Source of the DNA: Candidatus Thorarchaeota archaeon
GTDB taxonomy: Archaea > Asgardarchaeota > Thorarchaeia > Thorarchaeales > Thorarchaeaceae
Direction of reading: 5' to 3'
NCBI GenBank assembly: GCA_048882485.1
Contig: JBHLRP010000001.1
Span: 256,001 to 320,000, forward strand
Length of the DNA stretch: 64,000 nt
Made by a program: the position numbers and the translations under genes. Under the pieces are notes generated by a model, which saw only the letters and a list, made by a program, of their open reading frames with translations, ran no database searches and was not told the DNA's origin. Positions 39,093-49,695 of the stretch are shown here, piece by piece (position 1 is the first letter of the stretch; each line of letters begins with the position of its first letter).

Positions 39093-40844
39093 ATGGCAGT
39101 CGAGAAAGAGGAAGCTATGTGGCAGAGCAAGATAATGGAGATTGTCAATGATGGCATAGTAGTCCTGATTGAAGAGGATGTCATGCTATCAAATGCTGCC
39201 TTCGCCGCTATGCTGAATTATGAAACGGAAGAGCTAGTTGATGCATCTTTTGAGGACCTCCTGCATCCATCCTCGAAACGTTTTGATCGAAATATGATAG
39301 ATGCTTTGTATTTGGGCGATGAACTCACTGCGTTCAATACAAGACTGCAGTCAAAGGAGGGGGACACAGTTCATGTTGAGATTCATCCAGTCAATGTTGT
39401 ATTCGAAGGCGAGGATGCCGTCCTAGCCTGCATTCGAGACGTATCAAGAAGGATTGCACTTGAAACAGAAGTTATTGAACTTGAGCAGAGATTTGCATCA
39501 TTGTATGATATGTCCCCTATTGCGTATTTCATGCTGAATCGCCAAGGCATCATTGAACAGATTAACCAAGCTGCTGAAGAGTTGCTTGGATGTGATGGTA
39601 GCGATATTCTAGGAAGAGCGCTTTCCGATTTCCTGCCAGATATTGAATCAGATTATGACCCTGGACAAGAGCTGATTCGCGAAGTCCTAAGGGGCAAGAA
39701 TGTAAGCGGCATTGAGATACAGATGCAGCGCCCTGATGAACGAGTTATATGGGCTAACGTGTCATCGAGATCTCTTACAGTGGGCGCGGAAAAGCCTGTC
39801 GAGATTGGACTCATGGCTTTCGATGTAACACAGAGAAGAGCATCAGAATTGAGAATTCTTGAGGAGAAGCAGAGAGCTGATCTCTATTTAGGAATCATGG
39901 CGAGCGATCTTAACAACACAAACACAAGTGCGCTCTATTCCTTGGAGTTTCTTAGTACGACCCTTGACCTCCCCGAACATCATCAAAAGGTCCTGAATGA
40001 AGTCGTGTGGAATATTCGACGGGCTTCACGAATGATTGCTAACATGAGAGCCATCGTAATGCTGAAGGAGTCTCCTCCCACAATAGCAAAGACTGATCTA
40101 TTCCCTCATTTCACCAGAGGTCTGCGCGAAGCAGACAGGGACTTCGAGGCAAAAACCCTGAATGTCAACACCAATATTGAGGATGACGCCTTTTGGGTAT
40201 CTGGACATGCTTGGCTTTGGAGCGTGTTCTTCGTCATCCTCCATAACGCCCTAATGTACAATGAGAGCAAAGACGTCGAGCTTGATGTCAATGCTGAACT
40301 CATCGAGATGGGTCAAAAAGTCCGGATTGAATTTGCAGATAGAGGCCCGGGAATTCCTGATGACCTTAAGGAGAGTGTCTTTCGAAGAACGGGCAGTACG
40401 GAGGGCCATGCTCTAAGCAGTGGTCTTGGATTGACCGTCGTTAACCAAATGGTGACAGACTTGAAGGGCCAGGTATGGGTGGAGGACAGAGTGCCCGGTG
40501 ATATGTCGCAAGGCAGCAAGTTCGTCGTCATTCTTCCTGCCTGGAAGGAGGAATTGGTATTACCCTGCGGCCGCGAATCATGCATCACCTTTTACAAGAG
40601 TGATCATTGTGTCTTCTGTGGTCCTGCTTATGACAACATGATGAGAGTGCTTGATGAGTTTGGCGTCAATCGCTTGATGGTTCAGGTCTTGAATGTCGAT
40701 GATCCAGAGTCAGGAGTAACAGAAGCAGACCTCATTGCTCTACCTACGATACGTATCTGTGAAGGGGAACGAGAGGGATACGTAGAAGAGGATGATATCA
40801 GGACGCTCGTCTTGGAGATGATAATGAAAGGCTGCTTCTCCTAG
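39093..40844 (+). CDS. PAS-PAS sensor kinase-like protein (H-box His replaced by Ser) with C-terminal thioredoxin/KaiB-like domain
   Basis: Two PAS domains, 'IMASDLNN', N-box 'LHNA', 'DRGPGI', 'GLGL', then 'HCVFC...LIALPTI'. Confidence 0.85.
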   Translation: MAVEKEEAMWQSKIMEIVNDGIVVLIEEDVMLSNAAFAAMLNYETEELVDASFEDLLHPSSKRFDRNMIDALYLGDELTAFNTRLQSKEGDTVHVEIHPVNVVFEGEDAVLACIRDVSRRIALETEVIELEQRFASLYDMSPIAYFMLNRQGIIEQINQAAEELLGCDGSDILGRALSDFLPDIESDYDPGQELIREVLRGKNVSGIEIQMQRPDERVIWANVSSRSLTVGAEKPVEIGLMAFDVTQRRASELRILEEKQRADLYLGIMASDLNNTNTSALYSLEFLSTTLDLPEHHQKVLNEVVWNIRRASRMIANMRAIVMLKESPPTIAKTDLFPHFTRGLREADRDFEAKTLNVNTNIEDDAFWVSGHAWLWSVFFVILHNALMYNESKDVELDVNAELIEMGQKVRIEFADRGPGIPDDLKESVFRRTGSTEGHALSSGLGLTVVNQMVTDLKGQVWVEDRVPGDMSQGSKFVVILPAWKEELVLPCGRESCITFYKSDHCVFCGPAYDNMMRVLDEFGVNRLMVQVLNVDDPESGVTEADLIALPTIRICEGEREGYVEEDDIRTLVLEMIMKGCFS

Positions 40845-40853
40845 GGTCTCCGA

Positions 40854-42116
40854 CTAGTCGGATATTAGAATCTCTGTTGTGGCATCCTTTATTGTCTTGC
40901 AGCCAGTCATGATCATCGCTCTCCTCAAGTCTCCCTTGACGTAGTTGTAGTACATATTGACTGCATCAGCCCCGCCGGCCAGAGACATCCTCAATAGTGG
41001 TCTACCAATATGTGTTGTATCAGCGCCCAATGCAATCACCTTCAGAACATCAAACCCAGTCCTTATGGCGCCATCGACCATGATTGTGAGCTTCCCCTTA
41101 AGTTCGGCAGCGACATCGGGAAGAATCTCAACTACACCCTGTCCGTTGTCAAGCACTCGTCCACCATGATTGGATAGATACACACCAGCAGCTCCTGAGT
41201 CCGCTACTGCGAGCGCGTCTTCAAGTGTCATTATCCCCTTGAAGAACACAGGTCTGCTTGTGGAATCAACAAGCTCTTTCAATTCATTGGGGTCCTTACG
41301 ATAGACGGGCTTACCTTTGGCGGCCCATATCGCAGACCCGCAACCATCAAGGTCCACGCCTATTGCGATAGCATTGTACTCTTCCGCGAGTTTAAAGAGT
41401 TCAAGGAGTCGTGATTGAGACTGAGGCTTGAATACAGCTATTCCCCAGCCGCCATTCTCCTTGACCATGTCAATACCCAGATGATCCGGTACTGCGGCCG
41501 TGTTTCCGACAAGGCCTATTGTTCCAAATTCCTGTGCTCCCCGTAGGAGACCTCGATAAAAATCCGCCTCGGGTATCACATCATTCATGCTAGCTTTTAC
41601 ACCAGACATGCTGCATCCCAGAACAGGAGCGACAATCTCCTTTCCAAATACTCTCGTCCTCATCTCAGGTTCATAATGCTCTTTGACAACCCTCTGTTTC
41701 AATTTGTATTTGTGAATGGCCAAGTAATTTGCATGAAACGTGTTTCCCTGTCCAGCGCCACCGACGCCAAGTGGCTTTCCATACTTCTGTCCAGCACAGA
41801 CCCTGTCTTTTGCGCCATCACAGACGGGATGAACACCACACAGACCAGAAAGCATTTCCCTTGCAATAGAGCGATAGTAGACGAGATCCTTCTTCTCTGG
41901 CTCTGGACCATCGCTTCTCTTCCTGCTTCGCGTCTTCTTCTCCATGAAGACCTCTTCACTAGTCTCCTGCATGTAGTTCCTCGGCTGACCGCAAATTGGG
42001 CATCTCCATTCATCAGGAATCTCTGCTACTTTGGTTCCTGGTGCCAGACCAGTATCAGGGTCTCCTTCGCTTTCGTCATACACATATGCGTTGCAGTAGG
42101 TACAGATGAAATACAA
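40854..42116 (-). CDS. rubredoxin-fused FMN-dependent alpha-hydroxy-acid oxidoreductase
   Basis: N-terminal CTYC...YDE..GD...G..PGT....P..W.CP.CG; SNHGGR, KGI, DGAIRTG.DV.K. Confidence 0.88.
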   Translation of the reverse strand: MYFICTYCNAYVYDESEGDPDTGLAPGTKVAEIPDEWRCPICGQPRNYMQETSEEVFMEKKTRSRKRSDGPEPEKKDLVYYRSIAREMLSGLCGVHPVCDGAKDRVCAGQKYGKPLGVGGAGQGNTFHANYLAIHKYKLKQRVVKEHYEPEMRTRVFGKEIVAPVLGCSMSGVKASMNDVIPEADFYRGLLRGAQEFGTIGLVGNTAAVPDHLGIDMVKENGGWGIAVFKPQSQSRLLELFKLAEEYNAIAIGVDLDGCGSAIWAAKGKPVYRKDPNELKELVDSTSRPVFFKGIMTLEDALAVADSGAAGVYLSNHGGRVLDNGQGVVEILPDVAAELKGKLTIMVDGAIRTGFDVLKVIALGADTTHIGRPLLRMSLAGGADAVNMYYNYVKGDLRRAMIMTGCKTIKDATTEILISD

Positions 42117-42249
42117 CTTACAGCCTCCGGATCGCTCCGTCTGATTAGGAACCTAGGTCTTGGCATCTATTACTAAATGTTGCTAATGAGGGTGAATTCA
42201 TGCAAAGCACGGTCAGCTCGAAACTCACTGCTCCGGTCGCCCTATCGTT

Positions 42250-42274
42250 GAGAGGGGTGGTAGAATCCCCTCTC
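42250..42274 (-). terminator. hairpin directly after the MFS gene
   Basis: GAGAGGGG...CCCCTCTC stem. Confidence 0.5.
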
Positions 42275-42279
42275 TGATT

Positions 42280-43632
42280 TCACATCCCAGGTCTCAAATC
42301 GTCCTCGAGATAAACCTGTGCTTCACCCATTACAGGTTGTCTAACCTTGACCAGGATTAGCAGCGCAATTGCAAAGACTCCCAAGATGCTGAGCATTGAA
42401 ACGCGGTGAGCCATCGCTTCTCCTAAACTCGCAGCTAGTGCAAGTACAGTTCCATATACAGCTGGGCCGATTATTGCCGCAAACTTTCCGCTCAGAGCAT
42501 AGATCCCGAACATCTCCGTCCTCTTCTCCTCGGGAATGAACTGACCGTACATTGACCGGGCTGTGCTTTGAGAAGAACCCATCCCGATGCCTGCTATCAT
42601 GCCAACTGTCCACCATACAATCTGAGCTTCACCAAAGAATGCGATAAGCAGAGCAGCAATCCAAATGCCGAGTGTAATCATCAGAGTCTTCTTAGTGCCA
42701 ATTGAGTCTGCAATGTATCCGAAGACAAAGGCTCCTGGAATAGCAGCTAGCTGTGTCACTGCGAAGAAAATCAGAATGAGCTCATCACTGAATCCATACA
42801 CCGCAGCTCCAAAGATGGCGGCAAAGTAGATTACCGTGCTTATTGCATCAGAAAACAGGAAGTAGGACGCTAGGAAACGTGGCAGTCCTTCATATTCTCC
42901 AATCTTGCTGAAGGTCTTCCTCACTCGTCTAAAGCCTATTGTGACTATGCTTACACCCTCCTCATCAGGGAATTGACTTGGAGGTCGTTCCTTCAGCCCA
43001 ATGATGCTTGGCACCGCAAACACAAGGAAGAATATTGCAGCAAACAGGAAAGGCAATGTTGGAAAGTCTGGAAGCATGAAGTAGCTGACTAACGCAATAA
43101 TGATGGTTGGCATTGCACCCACATAGCCTGCTGCGTATCCAATACCGCTGATTCTTCCTACATCTTCCTCTATACTGATTTCAGGCAACCAAGCATTATA
43201 GAACGGCAAAGCACCTTCAAATCCAATGTTTGCTATGATGAAGAGTATGAACCCCCACATCCACATATCCACCCCCAAGAATGCTGGCACACCCTATCTG
43301 AGGAAGAACATTAGTGATGTGAAGACGATCGACAATCCAGTGTAGAATGTCAGGAACTTTTTCTTCGCACCAGAGTAGTCAGCCATAGCTCCGAGGATTG
43401 GCGATGTAAGTGCGATTATTAGCATCGTGATGCTTCCTGCATATCCCCAGAGAGTCCCTCCTAGAATAGGGTCTCCCACCAATCTTCGGAAAAAGAGCGG
43501 GAATAGAGCGGTAACAATGAGTACCGTGAAACTTGTATTGGCAAAGTCAAACAGGTACCATGCGGCTCTCTCTCTCCTGTCAGTTGGGATTCTCCCTGTC
43601 GATTGTTGCTCACCCATTATTTCTATCTCCAT
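42280..43632 (-). pseudogene. MFS transporter (UMF1/Atg22-like) interrupted by one in-frame TAG at 43294-43296
   Basis: The two ORFs share a frame (...TTC CTC AGA TAG GGT GTG CCA...); joined length 450 codons; 'AWYLFDFAN', 'SPILGA.AD', 'FYNAWLP', 'RISG.G'. Confidence 0.8.
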
Positions 43633-43747
43633 GCTTCATTATGATTTGAAACAACTCATGGCTTCATATCAGACATAGGTTTCTGCCGGAACTGCATTAC
43701 TATCATTAACCGGAAGAGTTTACCTTAAGTTTAGACATACTCAAATC

Positions 43748-44140
43748 ATGCACGAATCAGAGGCACTGAAATTCTGTGAGAGGTGGCTAGCAGCTTGGAC
43801 CGGGAATCAGCCCGAGAAACTTGTTGGGTTCTATGCGAATCATGCATTCTATCGCGACCCTGCAAAACCGCATGGTATCAAAGGTCGTGACCAGCTGCTA
43901 CTCTATTTCCAGAAACTGCTTGACAGAAACCCTGATTGGGCATGGACTGTTTCGAAGGTGTTCCCAACCAAAGACGGTTTCATTCTGAAATGGAAAGCTG
44001 AGATACCAGTTGGCTCAAGTGTGCTAATCGAAGAAGGCATGGATATTGTCGAAGTCATGTTTGACAAGATAGTTCACAATGAAGTATACTTTGACCGATC
44101 AAATTGGCTAGAAGCATTGAGAGAAGACAAATGGTTCTGA
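43748..44140 (+). CDS. SnoaL/NTF2-like protein
   Basis: 'FY...A.YRDP...GI.GR..L..YF', 'G.D..E....KI...EVYFDR'. Confidence 0.85.
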   Translation: MHESEALKFCERWLAAWTGNQPEKLVGFYANHAFYRDPAKPHGIKGRDQLLLYFQKLLDRNPDWAWTVSKVFPTKDGFILKWKAEIPVGSSVLIEEGMDIVEVMFDKIVHNEVYFDRSNWLEALREDKWF

Positions 44141-44881
44141 CTATGCAGATAGAGATTGATACCAATTCGCAATGATATCGTTGAATTGCTCCCATTGCTC
44201 CAGCATTACACTATGACCCGCCTTGGGTATGACATGCATTTCCGACCCTTTAATCCTGTCAGCCATGTATTGAGAGTATTTCACTGGAGTTAACGCGTCG
44301 CTTTCGCCTACAATTATCAAGGTAGGAAGTGTGATATCATTCACTCTTCCCATTATGTCAAATTCATCACACAATTTGTAGTCCCTGTGCGTTATGGATG
44401 CTGGACACTTTCTAACTTCGGCCCTAGAGGCCTCTCTAAGGTCTTCATCCGCATCTCCGTGGAACATGATCTCGCCAACAGCATTCACATAGCCCTCAAA
44501 GTCGTTCAGTAGCATATTGAGAATCATTGGATTAACTCTGAGTCGCGAACCAGTGCCAACAAGTATGATGCCTTTTAGCTTATCGGGATTTTTGAGAGCA
44601 TAGAGCTGAGTCAATGCTCCTCCCATGGAATGCCCACATAGAACTGGCTTTTCAAATTGGGAGACTACTAAATCAATGTCATCTAGATAAGAGTTGGCAG
44701 GAGTAGCCTCCTTCCGATCTGGTGTTTTTCCATGGCCATTGAGATTAAGGCCGATCATGTGTAGTCGATCTGAGAGGTGTTTGATCTGCATGTACCATGT
44801 TGCTGAAGAGCCGCCTGCTCCATGAACCATGATGATTGGGCCTGGATTTCCCTTTCCCCTTTCTTCAATGTGGACACTCAT
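44141..44881 (-). CDS. alpha/beta hydrolase
   Basis: HGAGG, GHSMGG, 'G.SD.LTP', 'AGH...LE'. Confidence 0.9.
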   Translation of the reverse strand: MSVHIEERGKGNPGPIIMVHGAGGSSATWYMQIKHLSDRLHMIGLNLNGHGKTPDRKEATPANSYLDDIDLVVSQFEKPVLCGHSMGGALTQLYALKNPDKLKGIILVGTGSRLRVNPMILNMLLNDFEGYVNAVGEIMFHGDADEDLREASRAEVRKCPASITHRDYKLCDEFDIMGRVNDITLPTLIIVGESDALTPVKYSQYMADRIKGSEMHVIPKAGHSVMLEQWEQFNDIIANWYQSLSA

Positions 44882-45044
44882 AATCGTTTGAATGCCTGCG
44901 CATCCTTTGAACCTTGTGAATTTCTGCAAGAGTTTAAAAGAAGAAGTTTCGCGGTGGGCCTCGTGAGTTTTGCTATGGACATGCTCAATGACGCCCTTTC
45001 ATAACTATGCCGCCTTCTAGGCCATAGTAGGAACTTTGGATTAG

Positions 45045-45239
45045 TTGCCACACAAGAAGGGCCGTCGAGGCCAGAAGAAGACCCGCGTTCGTGAGGTTGG
45101 TGGTCTTCGCTATCCCCGCAAGATGGAGCGCTGCACTGTTCATGTGGCCCCCAACTGCAAGGGATGGGCGAATAGCAACACCATGCCGGCACCGGGTGTC
45201 TGCAAGCGCTGCTACCAGACAATGAATTCCAAGAAATAG
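45045..45239 (+). CDS. small basic zinc-binding protein (64 aa), candidate ribosomal/RNA-binding
   Basis: K/R-rich N-terminus, CxxH...C...CxxC; strongly C-ending/AAG/CGT-CGC codons; hairpin and T-tract after the stop. Confidence 0.7.
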   Translation: MPHKKGRRGQKKTRVREVGGLRYPRKMERCTVHVAPNCKGWANSNTMPAPGVCKRCYQTMNSKK

Positions 45240-45390
45240 GGGGTTTATGGCCCCTTCTCGATTTTTCCGTCTAACAACGTTTCGACTGATGCCGATTATG
45301 AGACAAGAGGTTTTTTAACGGGTATGCGGACAATCAAACTAGTCAAGAGTACTAGTCACTCAAGACTTTCTTGGTGTTATAACACTAGGA

Positions 45391-46461
45391 GTGAAGAGAA
45401 TGAGCTCAAGTAACAAAGGCATTATAGCCATTATCGTCATCGTGATTATTGGCGTTGGCGCTGTTGCAACCTACATGTTTCTAAATCCGCCAGTGCTACC
45501 CGATAATCCCGACGAGATAGCTATCGTGTTTGCTACAGGTGGTCTTGGAGACAAGTCATTCAATGATGGCTGTTTCAAGGGAGCCACCGATGCAGAAGAT
45601 GATTTTGGCATAAGCTTCACTTATGTCGAACCAACTGCGATAAGCGAATACGAGGGCTTCCATCGTGCGTACGCAGCACATGCAGACTATGCAGATCCTT
45701 ATGACCTGATTATCGGTATTGGATTTGACCAAGCTGATGCAATTCAGGCTGTTGCAGAAGACTACCCTGATCAGAAGTGGGCAATCGTCGATATGTGGGT
45801 CAACGACACTACATATCCGAATGTAGCATCTCTGCTATTCAATGAACACGAGGGTTCCGCTCTAGTCGGTGCGATGGCAGGTCTAACAACTCAGACTGGC
45901 AAGGTGGGCTTTGTTGGTGGAATGGATATTCCGCTAATCAACAAGTTCGCTGCTGGCTACATCTTTGGTGCAAACTACACCTTCTATGAGACGAACGGAA
46001 CAGAGATTGACTTTGATATTGCCTATACAAATGACTGGGTTGATACAGCTGCGGGCCAGACTCTGGCTGATGGTATGTACTCAACCGGTACCGACATCAT
46101 CTTCGCTGCAGCTGGACGTTCTGGATTGGGTGTGTTTGACAGCGTTGCAGCAAACAATGCTACCTATGGACCTCTATGGTGCATTGGAGTGGACTCTCCA
46201 CAGATGTACCTTGAACCAGGCCTCGTTTTGTCTTCAATGCTGAAGAGAGTTGATGTGGCAGTCTACGACATCATTGATGACGTAGTTGGCGGCACATTTA
46301 CGACTTTCAACCTATTCACCCTCGCAAACGGCGGAGTTGGCTATGAAGTCAATGCCACGCTATATGAGGTTGATGCAGCAATTCTTTCAGCGGTGGAAGA
46401 CCTGAAAGCCGATATCATCGCTGGTACTGTCACTGTACCTGATGCTATCTACTGGACCTAG
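45391..46461 (+). CDS. BMP family ABC substrate-binding protein (nucleoside-type), TM-anchored
   Basis: 'GGLGDKSFND', 'F.EHEGS.LVG', 'GFVGG', 'IGVD', 'SMLKRVD'. Confidence 0.92.
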   Translation: MKRMSSSNKGIIAIIVIVIIGVGAVATYMFLNPPVLPDNPDEIAIVFATGGLGDKSFNDGCFKGATDAEDDFGISFTYVEPTAISEYEGFHRAYAAHADYADPYDLIIGIGFDQADAIQAVAEDYPDQKWAIVDMWVNDTTYPNVASLLFNEHEGSALVGAMAGLTTQTGKVGFVGGMDIPLINKFAAGYIFGANYTFYETNGTEIDFDIAYTNDWVDTAAGQTLADGMYSTGTDIIFAAAGRSGLGVFDSVAANNATYGPLWCIGVDSPQMYLEPGLVLSSMLKRVDVAVYDIIDDVVGGTFTTFNLFTLANGGVGYEVNATLYEVDAAILSAVEDLKADIIAGTVTVPDAIYWT

Positions 46462-46475
46462 TCTGTGCAAAGCAA

Positions 46476-46508
46476 AGGAGAGGCGAAAGCCTCTCTTCTC
46501 CCATTTTT
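46476..46508 (+). terminator. GAAA-tetraloop hairpin plus T-tract after the bmp gene
   Basis: GAGAGGC-GAAA-GCCTCTC followed by TTCTCCCATTTTT. Confidence 0.7.
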
Positions 46509-46597
46509 ATTCATTCTCACTTCTCAAGCCACTACTGTTAAGTAGGCCTTATCCCTCAAATGAGGCAAAGCTGCCCATATTACCGATGCAGGAGGTT

Positions 46598-48193
46598 ATG
46601 GCCATCTACGCAGTTGAGCTTGAAAACATCTTCAAGATCTTCCCTGGCGGAGTTGAAGCAAACAAGGATATCACGCTCCGTATAGAAGAGGGCGAGGTGC
46701 ATGGTTTGCTGGGTGAGAATGGAGCCGGGAAGTCGACGCTCATGAATATTCTCTACGGATTACTCAACCCCACATCGGGAACTATCAAGATACGTGGAGA
46801 AGAAGTAATCCTAAACTCGCCAACAGATGCTATTATTCGAGGCGTTGGAATGGTTCACCAACACTTCAAACTCATTCCTCCATTAACAGTCACAGAAAAC
46901 GTCATTCTTGGAATGGAGCCCGTTCTTCGGTCCGTACACGCTGGTGGTGCCCGATTCTCTGCATTACTCCGAAATACTCTTCCAATGAACATTAGCGGGG
47001 CAGCAAAACGAATCAGAAACATTGCCGAAGAAAATGGCTTGGATATTGATCCTAATGCCAAGATAAGGGATATTTCAGTTGGTCTGCAGCAGCGCGTTGA
47101 AATCATCAAGACCCTATATCGGGAGGCAGAAATTCTAATCCTTGATGAACCTACTTCAGTTTTGACTCCTCATGAAGTAGATGAGCTGTTTGAAACACTT
47201 GAGAAATTTAGGGAACAAGGGAAGACGATTATTCTAATCACCCACAAGTTGAGGGAGCCTATGGCGCTATGCGATCGCATTTCGGTCCTTCGAGATGGTG
47301 AACTTGTAGGGACAGTAAACAAGGTTGATACTTCTCCTGAGGAGCTTGCGCAGATGATGGTTGGTCGACCTGTAGTCTTTAGAGTCGAAAAACCGCCGAA
47401 CATTCCTGGAGAAGAAGTTCTCCGGGTTGAAGATTTGCGTGTAAATGACAATCGTGATTTGTTGGCTGTCAAGGGCATATCGTTCTCAGTCAAAGCCGGA
47501 GAGATATTTGGCATAGCTGGAGTTGAAGGGAATGGCCAGACTGAGCTTGTTGAATCCATAACTGGTCTTCGGAAAGCAATAAGCGGAAAGGTCTTTGTCA
47601 GCGGGAAGGAAATTACGGGATCAAGTCCCCGGAAGGTTAGGGAATCTGGTGTGAGTCATATTCCTGAAGACCGCCACGCTCGGGGTCTCATTCTTCCTTT
47701 CACTGTGGTAGAGAATTTGGTGTTGGGAAGTCACTACTATCCTCCGCACTCAACTGGACCCGGAGGTTCATTGCTCGATCAAGATGAAAGCGAAATAGCT
47801 TCGGACAGACTTGTTAAGGAGTATTCAATCAAGATTAGAGATTTGAGAAGCAAGGCTAGTACGCTATCAGGTGGGAATCAACAGAAAGTAGTAGTGGCTC
47901 GTGAACTTGCTACGTTTCCCAAATTGGTGGTGGCCGCTCAGCCAACTCGAGGCCTAGACGTAGGTGCCACTGAATACATCCATAGAGTATTGATACGAAT
48001 GAGAAATGAGGGCGTCGCAGTCCTATTGGTATCTGCGGAGCTCGATGAGATCAGAATGTTGGCTGATAGAATCGGGGTGATTTATGAAGGCAAGTTGGTC
48101 GCATTGAAAGATCCTGACCAAACTGATGCGCGAGAACTTGGCTTGCTAATGGCAGGCCATGGTGCTGAAAATGCACAGGAGGCTGCTAACTGA
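46598..48193 (+). CDS. nucleoside/sugar ABC transporter ATP-binding protein (CUT2, two ABC domains)
   Basis: GENGAGKST, 'GMVHQHF', LDEPT, LSGGNQQK, 'QPTRGLDVGA'. Confidence 0.93.
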   Translation: MAIYAVELENIFKIFPGGVEANKDITLRIEEGEVHGLLGENGAGKSTLMNILYGLLNPTSGTIKIRGEEVILNSPTDAIIRGVGMVHQHFKLIPPLTVTENVILGMEPVLRSVHAGGARFSALLRNTLPMNISGAAKRIRNIAEENGLDIDPNAKIRDISVGLQQRVEIIKTLYREAEILILDEPTSVLTPHEVDELFETLEKFREQGKTIILITHKLREPMALCDRISVLRDGELVGTVNKVDTSPEELAQMMVGRPVVFRVEKPPNIPGEEVLRVEDLRVNDNRDLLAVKGISFSVKAGEIFGIAGVEGNGQTELVESITGLRKAISGKVFVSGKEITGSSPRKVRESGVSHIPEDRHARGLILPFTVVENLVLGSHYYPPHSTGPGGSLLDQDESEIASDRLVKEYSIKIRDLRSKASTLSGGNQQKVVVARELATFPKLVVAAQPTRGLDVGATEYIHRVLIRMRNEGVAVLLVSAELDEIRMLADRIGVIYEGKLVALKDPDQTDARELGLLMAGHGAENAQEAAN

Positions 48194-49695
48194 TGGCCAC
48201 GACGAATGATACCCCTCCTGAACAGGACGCTGATATGCAGCAAGAGTCTGAATCTCAAGATAAAGTGGTGCTCTTTCTGCTTGGTATAAAGGACAAAATA
48301 ATGAGCAAGGAGTTTCAGAAACAAGCCTTGTGGACAATAGGATCCATTATCTTGGCGCTTCTAGTAAGCGGTGTCCTAATCGCATTGACTGGAAATGACC
48401 CCTTACTTGCATTCAGCTCACTTGCACTAGGCGCCATTGGCCAACTTGACTTAGTGATGAGATACGCAACGCCATTGATACTCACAGGGCTCTCAGTAGC
48501 GCTAGCTTTTAGGTGTGGCTTGTTCAACATCGGTCCTGAGGGGCAACTATACATGGGCGGCATTGTCGCGGCAATATTCGGTTTTATGGTTTCTCTGCCA
48601 ATCTTCGTCCATCCTATCGTATGCTTGGCAATGGGCGGGTTAGCAGGCGCCTGTTGGGGCTTTATACCTGGAATCCTAAAGGCCTATCGCGGAGCTCATG
48701 AGGTGGTAACCTCGATGATGCTCTCCTATACTGCAATACTCCTCACACAATGGCTCGTCACCTATCCTCTAAAAGAGCAGGGCCCCTATGATTGGATATC
48801 ACAGACTCCTCGGCTCTATGATACTGCTATTCTTCCCCCTCTTCTTGGCAGCAACTATATGCACTTTGGACTCATCGTTGCTTTTCTCTGTGTCATTGGG
48901 GTTGACATTCTCATAAACAGAACTGTACTTGGATATGAGTTGCGTGCAGTCGGGTACAATGAGAAGGCAGCGGAGTATTCAGGGATAAATCCGAAGAAGA
49001 ATATCACCCTCGCAATGACTTTTGCAGGTGCTTTGGCTGGGCTAGCTGGTGCGGAAGAGATAATGGGCACCTATGAACGATTTACTGACAATTGGTCAGG
49101 AGGGCTTGGATGGGATGGAATAACCGTAGCAGTTCTTGGGAGGAATAATCCTTGGGGTGTTCTTGCAGGTGCAATCTTCTTTGGGGCGCTTCGTGCGGGC
49201 GGTCAGACCATGCAGCTCAGGGCTGATGTTCCTGCTGAGATGGTGAGTGTCATTCAGGGCCTCATTGTGCTTTTTGTTGCAGCTCCACGTATAATTGATT
49301 GGCTTGCAAAGCACAATGTGGGTTTCGCGCATTGGATTCAGAAGAAGCCAAAAATAGCACTTCCAGCATATGCTTTGGTCATTACTAACTTCCTTTCCAT
49401 TCTCTTTGCGTTTGGCGGATTAATTGATGTCCATATGACCCAAGCTCTCATTCTTATGATCGTAGCTTTCGCATCAATAGGAGCATTCATTCTTACTCTA
49501 TCACGAAGAGAAAGGGGCCCATTGACATCCCTTGCCACCTACATTCTATGGATAGTAGCTGCAGGCGTTGGATTGGTAATGGCAACCGAGTATTTGCTCG
49601 TACCCTTGATCATCGGTGTCATTGGTCTTATCATGTCGCTCTACATCTTCTACATGGCGAAGTCAGCAGATTTTGACCAAGGAGGTGACGCCTGA
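48193..49695 (+). CDS. nucleoside ABC transporter permease with C-terminal TM extension
   Basis: 'GLFNIG.EGQ', 'HEVVT..ML', 'G.DGI.VA.LG.NNP'. Confidence 0.9.
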   Translation: MATTNDTPPEQDADMQQESESQDKVVLFLLGIKDKIMSKEFQKQALWTIGSIILALLVSGVLIALTGNDPLLAFSSLALGAIGQLDLVMRYATPLILTGLSVALAFRCGLFNIGPEGQLYMGGIVAAIFGFMVSLPIFVHPIVCLAMGGLAGACWGFIPGILKAYRGAHEVVTSMMLSYTAILLTQWLVTYPLKEQGPYDWISQTPRLYDTAILPPLLGSNYMHFGLIVAFLCVIGVDILINRTVLGYELRAVGYNEKAAEYSGINPKKNITLAMTFAGALAGLAGAEEIMGTYERFTDNWSGGLGWDGITVAVLGRNNPWGVLAGAIFFGALRAGGQTMQLRADVPAEMVSVIQGLIVLFVAAPRIIDWLAKHNVGFAHWIQKKPKIALPAYALVITNFLSILFAFGGLIDVHMTQALILMIVAFASIGAFILTLSRRERGPLTSLATYILWIVAAGVGLVMATEYLLVPLIIGVIGLIMSLYIFYMAKSADFDQGGDA

